Positions 22,629 through 33,800 of a stretch of 64,000 nt of DNA are shown one piece after another (position 1 is the first letter of the stretch; the number at the start of each line of letters is the position of its first letter). The notes below the pieces were generated by a model. The model had not been told where the DNA came from. It worked only from the letters and a program-made list of their open reading frames with translations, and made no database searches. This DNA comes from Ranitomeya imitator. Lineage: Eukaryota. The stretch is taken from contig NC_091288.1 in the NCBI RefSeq assembly GCF_032444005.1, positions 220,720,001-220,784,000 on the forward strand, given 5' to 3'. The position numbers were made by a program, and so were the translations under genes.

Positions 22629-25600
22629 CTGAGGAGGACACGAGAAGAGAAGTTACAGTTCATGGTCTATGACCACAGCCTGAGAAACATGCCGCCATAC
22701 CCGCTAGCTCCGGATACAGAACATATCCCCCCAGGACGAGCGCTCTTACCTTATTTGTAACAAAATCCTGGAATATTTTCACCGTGATCTTCAAGTTTTT
22801 GTGGTTTTCAAGGGCATAGAACATCTGGAGGAAGAGATCGAGGAGTTAATGTGGTGACCGAAGACGAGGAGACTCATCCCATCCTGTATGTCAGATACCG
22901 GGGGGCGAGAGCTCATAACTGAGGATAAACGATACGACCATGGGAAGATGGACGGGAATCATCTTATGTGTCAGACTGGATCTTATGCTTCTTGGAATGT
23001 TTCAGAAATATGTATCCTGAGTGTTTCCTGTATGTGAATGACTCGGGACTGGACACCGGGGAGAGCCGGGCCCCCGACGGCCACGAGTCATGCAGATTAG
23101 GGGGTCACCTTGATTTTGTGGATTGTAACACGCTGCCTCTAGTGGACAATATAGGATATGACACCATTACCTCTATAGGGGAAGCAAAGCTGAAGTTTTC
23201 TTGCTGCAAAGTACTGACGAAATCCTGAAAAATAAACACAGGAGAGAGAAGGGTTAACAAAAGAAAAGACATATATGTAATAAAACATACAGTGGCCGAG
23301 AAGGTAAAACCTGCTGATTGCCCGATCCTCCATGTCGGCAGGATCACGGCGACTCCAAAACTGCTCAGTTTATTTTTTTTATTTAGGTGATAAAAAAAAC
23401 ATTTGGACTCCGTATCTACATTTTGCATTTTCTTCCTGATCACTTTTAGTCCTTTATTGCCCGTGATAACCCGCTGTGCGGGGAGAAGAGGACTCGGTTA
23501 CTCTGATGAGAGTAGAGTTTTTTTTTTTTATAATTGAGGGGGAGGCATTAACATTGTCAAAGATGTGCGCTATCATTGATTCCGGGGTGCCATGTGTGCC
23601 TTGCCCGGGTTCCGGTAGCCCAGAATATGCCGCTATCCTTTCTTTTCCTGTTTTTTAGATCCTGGCCGGGTCTTCTCCTCGCTGCGCCGTCTGCTCTCGG
23701 CATTAAAGCCTCCTCTTCACCTAATCTTTAGTCCTGACACCCGTCGCTCATATTATTCCTCTTTCTGCATCCAGTAAAAAGGGTATTGATGCCACATCAC
23801 GACCCCATGTAGCACCTGAGCCATCTAATGCCCCTCTTAAAGGGATTTGTAACAGAAAAGTCAGGGTTCCTCCCACCACGCCATCATTAGTGGATAATAA
23901 GGGGGAATTTTGGACCACATTTCTTAACCGTAATGGGTTTTATCAATTTACAAGACATGATGTGTGAGGAGACTCTACGCCGACAGGTCCATAGTGCGGG
24001 CGCCCTAAAGTCGCAGAAAACGCCATATACCGACCCGAGAATCGCCAGCAGAACACTTATTAACATTTCATGCCCAACCTTCAGCATTCGGCCCAGCTGG
24101 CCACACGTGATCCTCTCTCCATGGACATCGGTTTTACGGTGGAGCCAAACTTCCTCCACGAGGTTGGAGATGTATGTGGTCAGGTGGCTCCTGAAATCAT
24201 CGTCCATGTCTGTGAAGAGACGCAATAATCATCACACTGGAATATACACGTATATCCTACCGGAAATTAACGGGTGGGAGCAGTCCCAGCGTCTATTTCT
24301 CCCCCCTCCCGCTTGCATCTGGCTGTTTGTGACGGATGGAGGGCATAGGATGGCGCCCATATAACGGTGGAGCAATATTTCCATTGATGGTTTCCCTCAT
24401 GGCTCCATGTGATCAGTCTGTAGAGGACAGTCCCTCTAATTCACGGCTTACCTGATTGCCGCCCTTCACTGGATCTCAGGAAGGTTTTCCCCGGGTGAGG
24501 CAGGAGGAAGCCGCTCGCGGACGGACTGCGCAGAGTCTCCAGCACACGGCGGTATGTCGCGCTCTTCCGCAGCTTCTACAACAAGACAAAGTGCAACTTT
24601 CCATCTCCAGTGTCAGGTTCGTACACCTCCCGGGATGGCCGATACCCACCCAAGACTTTATTCTCGCAGTCATGTGTTGGAGACTTGTAGCGCCCCGAGC
24701 GTGATCAAAGTTTGGTGAAAAAACGTCAAAATACAGAACAATGCAGTTTGTAAACGGCAGCAGCAAAAACATCTTCAACAATTGGTGACCATTAACAATA
24801 AAAGACATTTTGGAAATCGTGATAATCTGCAATTCGGCACAAATGTTGGCCCCGTTGTTGCCACCACAGCCGGACAGTCCTAGATTACTATCAGAACTCT
24901 GTCGTACCTCCGTCTCGTGCTCCATGTAGGACTTCGCCGCGTCTCGACCACAGTCGTCGGGGTTATGCCAATCACGAACCAGAATATTCAGGTGCTAAAA
25001 TGTAGAAGACAAAAAAATGGAGAGATGCAACCATTGGGAGATGCAGGATGTCAAAGGATGATGGGGACACCAGGTATCTGCTCTGCTCCTAATTTTCAGG
25101 CACGGTGACTCCTTTGGTTGTCCATTGCTTGCTACTGGGGCTCTGGTGGAGAGGACAATACTCAACCTCACAATGGCTGACCTTAGCCGTGGTCCTTCAT
25201 CTACACATCACCAGAGTGGACATAGGAGATGCCACAAGCTCGACCAGAAATGACGGCTACAGTAAGGTGCCAATAAGTTGTGGTCATGATTTTGGGAAAT
25301 AGCTGCAGACTTTGACATCAGATCAATGAGGTCATCAAGATGTCAGGAATGAACACTATCAAAAACTGCACTCTAGAGATCCTGCAAAACTTTCCCTAGA
25401 GGAACGGTAAGAATGAGTGGCGAGCGACTGACAGAGGAGATCACCTGTAGATATTGTAGACAGAAGGATTCCCCTGTGAGCTCCGACACGTGGAGATACA
25501 TCTGAAAAGACACAAATACATCTCGATCGATCCAGTCCATCACCGTAGAAATGAAACTCAAGGTTACATGGGCAGAAGCATCTTCATTCCACTGATACAT

Positions 25601-28308
25601 TGTAGTGACACAATGTAACGATGGTCCATGATACATTCAAGGACTGACGTCATGGAGAATAACACAACTGATGCTTGAAGAGATGTCCTCGACTTCCGTA
25701 CCTCCAGATAATCCAGCTCTGTTGTTTTCAAGCTTGCATTAATGTTGAAGATCTGAGGACACAAACAAACGTTACATCAGGAGATGTTCATGAAGAGGAT
25801 GGACGCCCCACACCCTCCACCATCCAGCACCAAGACGTCACACAAAATTACATCAACCCCCACTAGAGAGACTGAGTCACACAAATATAGCAATCCTGAC
25901 ATGGACGGTGGGCTACATCAATATCTAGGGGGTCTATACAAACTGCATAGTGCAGCCACTCTTACCTTTTATGTGGTTTGATTACCAGCGATTAGTGTGC
26001 CAAAACAAAACTTTATATTGTGGTCATACATGTGTATCCCAAACCCCAAAATAGCAAGGTTTGATGGAGTAAAGAGGTGAGTGGGCATGTATATTCAGAG
26101 CTCCTCGAAGACCTCACATACCAGGTAGGAGCTGAGGAGCATGGACAAGGCGGACAGCTTCACACAGGTCTCCCTATCACTTTCGATGTCCAATGAACCC
26201 TCTGTGTCCAGGACAAACACGGCCATCTGTACAGAGGAGAAAGAAGGGTAACATCATAACCAAGGACCATGGCGTCGGCTGGGAAAGTGCTTCTGTAAAT
26301 GACATGACGGGGTAGCTACAATAAGATCTGACATTCATCCATTATTAACAGAGATCCAAGATGGAAGCGATAATCGTTATATTGATCTTACCGGCGGCTC
26401 ACAATAGAGTACGGGGAGAGACCTGATGAGAGACATACAACGTGTCCTTTACCTTTTCGCCGTTCCTCTCTAGGATAAAGGGTCTATTCCACAACCATAT
26501 CCCTTTAGTGATACTGTCTGTCCCGGATCGCCACTCAAAACCATGGAGGGGCTCGTCCTGTTCCCCTAGGCTGATCGGCTGCCCCTTCTCCTACACAGGA
26601 AAAAAAGCTAAATTTATCAAATCATAAGGAAACTATTTTCTCAATAGCAAGGATGGATCTCCATCAATAACAGATCTCTAAATGCAAGCCCCCCTCCCAG
26701 GGTAAGCATGTGCAGAACTCCTCTATAAGAACATTACAATGGTAACTTTGGGTTGGAGCAGATACAAGCATGACGCCCCTCTAACTCTTGACTTGAGGGG
26801 CGATGATATGAACCCATTTGGTCTCCTGTGACATTGGATTTTGCAGGTTATGACTACTCACCAGGCTGTAGAGTGCTCTCAGAATATAGTTCATCAGGCT
26901 GGACTTTCCTCTTCTCTTCTCTCCGATCACGCAGATAAGACACAGGGGGTAATCTGAGATCTTACTGTCCAAAAAGCATCCATCAAGAACAGATTCATCC
27001 AGCCCCATTTTGTTGCTTGCATCGGTATAGACCAGCTGGACGGCACGTGGAGGAGCCTGGGAGGACATTAGTCATATTCAATAATGATGGAGAAAAGCAG
27101 ATCATTGCATCTCATATCTATGAAGTAGACTGAAAAGAACGCCTAATGGTCTGCCATCTGTGATTAACCACAGGCTCCCCCTCCACCATATCAAATGAAC
27201 TTCCATCTAAAACATTGTCACCGGTGGTATTAACTGAAGACTGGCATGGCCCAAGTACCCATGGCGTTCCCTACTATTCTCTAATAACCCAAATGATACA
27301 ACAAAGGCATGGGGCCATAATAAAGGTCTGTGCCATACATCTTTATGAACGTGTGGACTTTGTACCAGATATAACCAAGTGTTTCTCTGTATTTGGCATT
27401 AAATTATCATCATTTTAAAAGCTCTAAAAACTCACTTACCTACTAGTTTGGATTGTTATTTGTTGACAGCTAGCTAAACCATTGGTATGAATTTTCAGGT
27501 ATTGCAACCAACTCTGTGTGTGAACAGTGGCATGGTTGAAATACCCATGGCGGTCCCTAGAGTTTTTTAATAAGCCACATAATACTCTTATCTGCGTTAT
27601 GATAAGTTAACACAAGTCTGTGCTGTAAATCTCATCAATGTGTAGACTTTGTACACGCTATAACCATTATTACTCAGCGTTTATCATTAAGGTATAGAAG
27701 GGCACACATGCTACAGACCGTGCAAGTTTCTTTCATACTTTCACCTACCAGTTTGGACTGTTCTTCTTTGACAACCAGCTGAACCTTTGACACCAGTTGC
27801 TGCAGGCGGTAGGCAGGTATGAGCTGATCTCTCGGGCAGACTTTCCTGCATTCTGGACAGCGATACCCAAAGGGTTGTGGGGTGGACCAGTAGGATGAGA
27901 TGCAGGGTTTACAAAAAGTGTGTCCGCAGGTGATCGATACCGGGTCATGGATCTCATGGAGACAAATGGAGCATGTGATATCGTCTTTAAGTTTGGAGAA
28001 ATGTGCAGACCCTTCGTTTGGCATGGTCGCCCTAATTCACAGAGATATCAGGAGGGAAGAAAAGGAAAGTTACAAGTCTCATCACATAAATTATGTGAAA
28101 ACAGGGAGTAAAGTGCAAGCAAAGCAGCCGAAAACAGTAACACCAAAGCTGTGACGGAGCATAGATCAGATGATGCACAGGAAAGTACAAACATGGACGA
28201 CAATGTGTGATAACTGGTCACATGACCCTGGAATAAAAGGATCCAAAGACTATAAACACGATGTGAAAAGTAAAGGATGACTTACGGCTTAGAGCGGCTG
28301 CTTCCCAT
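22125..28308 (-). CDS. rnf112: RNF112/neurolastin-like RING E3 ligase-GTPase, copy B (13 exons, ~608 aa, intact)
   Basis: Exons (minus strand, GT-AG, phase-consistent): 28308-28286, 28031-27749, 27056-26862, 26590-26453, 26226-26122, 25752-25702, 25501-25445, 24994-24908, 24575-24452, 24209-24079, 23224-23171, 22824-22750, 22628-22125. Sum is 1827 nt = 609 codons. RING; GEKRRGKS; SITKGIWLW; DTEG; VRDW; Gly/Ala-rich membrane hairpin at the C-terminus typical of RNF112. Intron positions and phases match copy A. Confidence 0.92.
26862..27056 (-). CDS. rnf112: Copy B exon 3: GTPase P-loop
   Basis: AVQLVYTD...LICVIGEKRRGKSSLMNYILRAL. Confidence 0.9.
27749..28031 (-). CDS. rnf112: Copy B exon 2: C3HC4 RING finger
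   Basis: DDITCSICLHEIHDPVSITCGHTFCKPCISSYWSTPQPFGYRCPECR. Confidence 0.92.
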
Positions 28309-28544
28309 GGGGTGAGTGCAGGGCGCCCCGATATCTATGGAGCCTGCGGGACAGAGGTCAATGACTGAAACAGGTAGGAGGAGAAAAAGCAAACACATCA
28401 CACATGGAAACGCCCTGACGGAGTTAACCCCTAAGCTACTGACACCGCGCAGAAAAAGGAGAACAGGAAGATCAACAGCCACAGGCCATGACTGCACAGT
28501 GTGTACATGCCACCACCCCAATATCTATATTAGGTCCATAGACC

Positions 28545-29850
28545 ACCGTATCTCCACTATATCCATACATTGTACACCCCCATTATATCCACACACTGTA
28601 CACCCCCCATTATATCCATACACTGTACAGCCCCCATTATATCCATACACTGTACAACCCCCCACTATATCCATACACTGTACAGCCCCCATTATATCCA
28701 TACACTGTACAGCCCCCCACTATATCCATACATTGTACAGCCCCCATTATATCCATACACTGTACAGCCCCCCACTATATCCATACACTGTACAGCCCCC
28801 CACTATATCCATACACTGTACAGCCCCCATTATATCCATACACTGTACAGCCCCCCCATTATATCCATACACTGTACAGCCCCCATTATATCCATACACT
28901 GTACACCCCCCCATTATATCCATACACTGTACAGCCCCCCCATTATATCCATACACTGTACAGCCCCCCATTATATCCATTCACTGTACAGCCCCCCATT
29001 ATATCCATACACTGTACAGCCCCCCATTATATCCATACACTGTACAGCCCCCCCATTATATCCATACACTGTACAGCCCCCCATTATATCCATACACTGT
29101 ACAGCCCCCCATTATATCCATACACTGTACAGCCCCCCCATTATATCCATACACTGTACAGCCCCCCATTATATCCATACACTGTACAGCCCCCCCATTA
29201 TATCCATACACTGTAAAGCCCCCCATTATATCCATTCACTGTACAGCCCCCCACTATATCCATTCACTGTACAGCCCCCCACTATATCCATACACTGTAC
29301 AGCCCCCCACTATATCCATACACTGTACAGCCCCCCACTATATCCATACACTGTACAGCCCCCCATTATATCCATACACTGTACAGCCCCCATTATATCC
29401 ATACACTGTACAGCCCCCCATTATATCCATTCACTGTACAGCCCACCATTATATCCATACACTGCACAGCCCCCCATTATATCCATACACTGCACAGCCC
29501 CCCATTATATCCATACACTGTACACCCCCTATTATATCCATACACTGTACACCCCCCATTATATCCATACACTGTACAGCCCCCATTATATCCATACACT
29601 GTACAGCCCCCCACTATATCCATACACTGTACAGCCCATTATATCCATACACTGTACAGCCCCCCACTATATCCATACACTGTACAGCCCCCCATTATAT
29701 CCATACACTGTACACCCCCCATTATATCCATACACTGTACACCCCCCATTATATCCATACACTGTACACCCCCCATTATATCCATACACTGTACACCCCC
29801 CCATTATATCCATACACTGTACACCCCCCCACTATATCCATACACTGTAC
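28545..29850. repeat. 28-30-bp minisatellite upstream of copy B
   Basis: Unit CCATTATATCCATACACTGTACAGCCCC with a variable C-run. Confidence 0.95.
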
Positions 29851-30154
29851 ATGTTCTATATCTTCACAAAAGCTACAAACATGACCAGAAATGTATAACA
29901 ATGCTTTATTATTACAGCTACACATACGATATACAGGATAACAGAGGTGACATCAACAAGAATAATCCCAGAGAAGGTAGAAAGGACGGAAATCCTGCAC
30001 CGATGACGACCAAGAAGAGGAACAACGCAGCGGACTGCGGGGACACGAAGGTGGAGGAGTCAAGGAGCAGCAGAAAGGGTTAGAAAAATCATCTCACAAG
30101 AACTGACCGCAGCATAGAATAAGCAGGACGCACAGTGTGCGTTACCGCCAAGCA

Positions 30155-30193
30155 CCTGACGCGCGTTTCGCAGTGGTGGCGTCTTCAAAGGGG
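30155..30193 (-). ncRNA. Degenerate minimal type I hammerhead-ribozyme-like motif (Penelope-type)
   Basis: Minus strand: CCT-TTGAAGA-C-GC(caccact)GC-GAAA-CGCGCG-TC-AGG; palindromic stem III ACGCGCGT; U3-G8 core and weak stem II. Confidence 0.4.
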
Positions 30194-30819
30194 CGAAATG
30201 CGGGTCAGGTGCAGGAAGGCAATGCCTGGGTCATTCCTTTAGGCTGCGTGCACATGTCACATTTTGTTGTTTTTTTCCTCTCCATTACTAGCAGCAGGGC
30301 TTGATGTCAGCCTTGTTTTTGGACAATTCACAACCGTCATCAACCCCGAGACCATTACCCCAATTGTCACCGCAGCAGGGCAATCAGGAAGAGTCGGGCG
30401 AAGTGCCAGGACGGACACATCTCACATGACGCTCCACTTCTGGGGCCGCTGCGGACTGCTCTTATTAGGTTGGGAAGGGGCCAATATCTATGGACTATCC
30501 CAGCCTGCTTTACCTTAGCTGGTTATCAAAAAATAGGGGGGACCCAACGTCGGTTATTGCATTTATTAGCTTCATACAAAGCTGCACAATACAATCCACA
30601 TGAGAGGCAATAATGATACATTATGGTAGTGGATTGTGCAATGATAGATCTGGCGGATATCTCGTTATTATCTATCTAGTCGCCTGTGGGGGGGTTTATT
30701 GTGTTAGTATGTATATGTAATATTCGGGGCGGTGAGGGACCTGCTCTTGGTTGTCATTGGTGCACGAGTTACATCCTATTTTGAGGTTATTGATGTTCCA
30801 TATCTCCCTGTTAAATCCA

Positions 30820-33800
30820 TACACCGTAACCCCCCGTATCCATACACCCCCATTATATTTGCCCCCTGTACCCATGTTATACTCACCCGTTAGTACCCTG
30901 TATCCCCCATGTTATACTCACCCCCTGTATCCCCCGTTATTACCCTGTAGCCTCTGTTATACTCACCCCGTTTTCCCCGTATCCCATCGTTAGAACCCAA
31001 TAGCCCCCTATTAGTACCCTGTAGCCCCGTTATACTCACCCCGAATCCCTCCATTAGTACCCCGCAGTCCCCTTTATACTCACCCCCTTTGTCCCCCTGT
31101 TAATACCCCGTAGCCCGCCGTATTTGTACTTCTCTCCCCGATTTCCCCCATTAGTACCCGGGAAACCCCGTTATACTCGCCTCCTGTATACCCACGTTAT
31201 ACTCACCCCATATCCCCGTTAGTGCCCCGTGTTTGTACCTCTCCCTGTAGCCCCCTTTATACTCACCCCGTGTCCCCCCGTTAGTACACAGGAACCCGCG
31301 GTGTTTGTACCTCTCCCTGTAACCCCTTTACACTCACCCCATATCCACACATTAGTACCCTGTATCCCCCCCCGTATACCGCTGTTTGTACCTCTCTGTA
31401 GCCCCCTTTATACTCACCCCCTGTATCCCCCGTTACTACCCCGTATCCCGCGGTGCTTGTACCTCTCTGTAGCCCCCTTTATACTCACCCCCTGTATCCC
31501 CCGTTACTACCCCGTATCCCGCGGTGCTTGTACCTCTCTGTAGCCCCCTTTATACTCCCCCCGTTTCCCGCGGTGCTTGTACCTCTCTGTAGCCCCCTTT
31601 ATACTCACCCCATATTCCCCCCATATACCGCGGTGCTTGTACCTCTCTGTAGCCCCTTTTATACTCCCCCGTATCCCGCGGTGCTTGTACCTCTCTGTAG
31701 CCCCCTTTATACTCCCCCGTATCCCGCGGTGCTTGTACCTCTCTGTAGCCCCCTTTATACTCCCCCGTATCCCGCGGTGCTTGTACCTCTCTCTGTAGCC
31801 CCCTTTTTACTCACCCCCATATCCCCCCGTTAGTACCCCGTATCCCCCCATATACCGCGGTGCTTGTACCTCTCTGTAGCCCCCTTTATACTCCCCCGTA
31901 TTCCCTCGTATACCACGGTGCTTGTACCTGTTTCTGTAGCCCCCGTTAGTACCCCGTATCCCCCCGTATACCGCGGTGCTTGTACCTCTCTGTAGCCCCC
32001 CGTTTCCCCCCGTATACCGCGGTGCTTGTACCTCTCTGTAGCCCCCCGTTTCCCCCCGTATACCGCGGTGCTTGTACCTCTCTGTAGCCCCCCGTATACC
32101 GCGGTGCTTGTACCTCTCTGTAGCCCCCCGTTTCCCCCCGTATACCGCGGTGCTTGTACCTCTCTGTAGCCCCCCGTTTCCCCCCGTATACCGCGGTGCT
32201 TGTACCTGTCTCTGTATCCCCCTGTATTCCCCCGTATACCGCGGTGTTTGTACCTCTCTGTAGCCCCCTTTATACTCCCCTGTAGCCCCCCGTATACCGC
32301 GGTGTTTGTACCTCTCTGTTTTCCCCCGTATCCCCCCGTATACCGCGGTGTTTGTACCTCTCTGTAGCCCCCCCGTATACCGCGGTGCTTGTACCTGTCT
32401 CTGTATCCCCCCGTATACCGCGGTGCTTGTACCTGTCTCTGTATCCCCCTGTTTTCCCCCGTATACCGCGGTGTTTGTACCTCTCTGTAGCCCCCTTTAT
32501 ACTCCCCTGTATCCCCCCGTATACCGCGGTGCTTGTACCTGTCTCTGTAGCCCCCGTTAGTACCCTGTATCCCCCCGTATACCGCGGTGCTTGTACCTCT
32601 CTGTAGCCCCCCGTTTCCCCCCCGTATACCGCGGTGCTTGTACCTGTCTCTGTATCCCCCTGTATACCGCGGTGTTTGTACCTCTCTGTAGCCCCCTTTA
32701 TACTCCCCTGTATCCCCCCTTATACCGCGGTGTTTGTACCTCTCTGTAGCCCCCCTGTTTTCCCCCGTATCCCCCCGTATACCGCGGTGCTTGTACCTCT
32801 CTGTATCCCCCTGTATCCCCCCGTATACCGCGGTGTTTGTACCTCTCTGTATCCCCCCGTTTCCCCCCATATACCGCGGTGCTTGTACCTGTCTCTGTAT
32901 CCCCCCGTATACCGCGGTGCTTGTACCTGTCTCTGTATCCCCCTGTATACCGCGGTGTTTGTACCTCTCTGTAGCCCCCTTTATACTCCCCTGTATCCCC
33001 CCTTATACCGCGGTGTTTGTACCTCTCTGTAGCCCCCCTGTTTTCCCCTGTATCCCCCCGTATACCGCGGTGCTTGTACCTCTCTGTATCCCCCTGTATC
33101 CCCTCGTATACCGCGGTGTTTGTACCTCTCTGTATCCCCCCGTTTCCCCCCATATACCGCGGTGCTTGTACCTGTCTCTGTATCCCCCCGTATACCGCGG
33201 TGCTTGTACCTGTCTCTGTATCCCCCTGTATCCCCCCGTATACCGCGGTGTTTGTACCTCTCTGTAGCCCCCCGTTTCCCCCCATATACCGCGGTGCTTG
33301 TACCAGTCTCTGTATCCCCCCGTATACCGCGGTGCTTGTACCTGTCTCTGTATCCCCCTGTATACCGCGGTGTTTGTACCTCTCTGTAGCCCCCTTTATA
33401 CTCCCCTGTATCCCCCCTTATACCGCGGTGCTTGTACCTCTCTGTATCCCCCTGTATCCCCCCGTATACCGCGGTGTTTGTACCTCTCTGTATCCCCCCG
33501 TTTCCCCCACTATACCGCGGTGCTTGTACCTCTCTGTATCCCCCCCTATATCCCCCCGTATCCCGCGGCGTTTGTACCTGTCTCTGTAGCCCCCCGTATC
33601 CCCCCTGTATTCCCCCCGTATCCCGCGGTGCTTGTACGTCTCTGTAGCCCCCGTTAGTACCCTGTAGCCCCCCGTTTCCCCCCGTATACCGCGGTGTTTG
33701 TACCTCTCTGTAGCCCCCTTTATACTCCCGTATCCCCCCGTATATCGCGGTGCTTGTACCTGTCTCTGTAGCCCCCTGTATTCCCCCTGTATCCCCCCGT

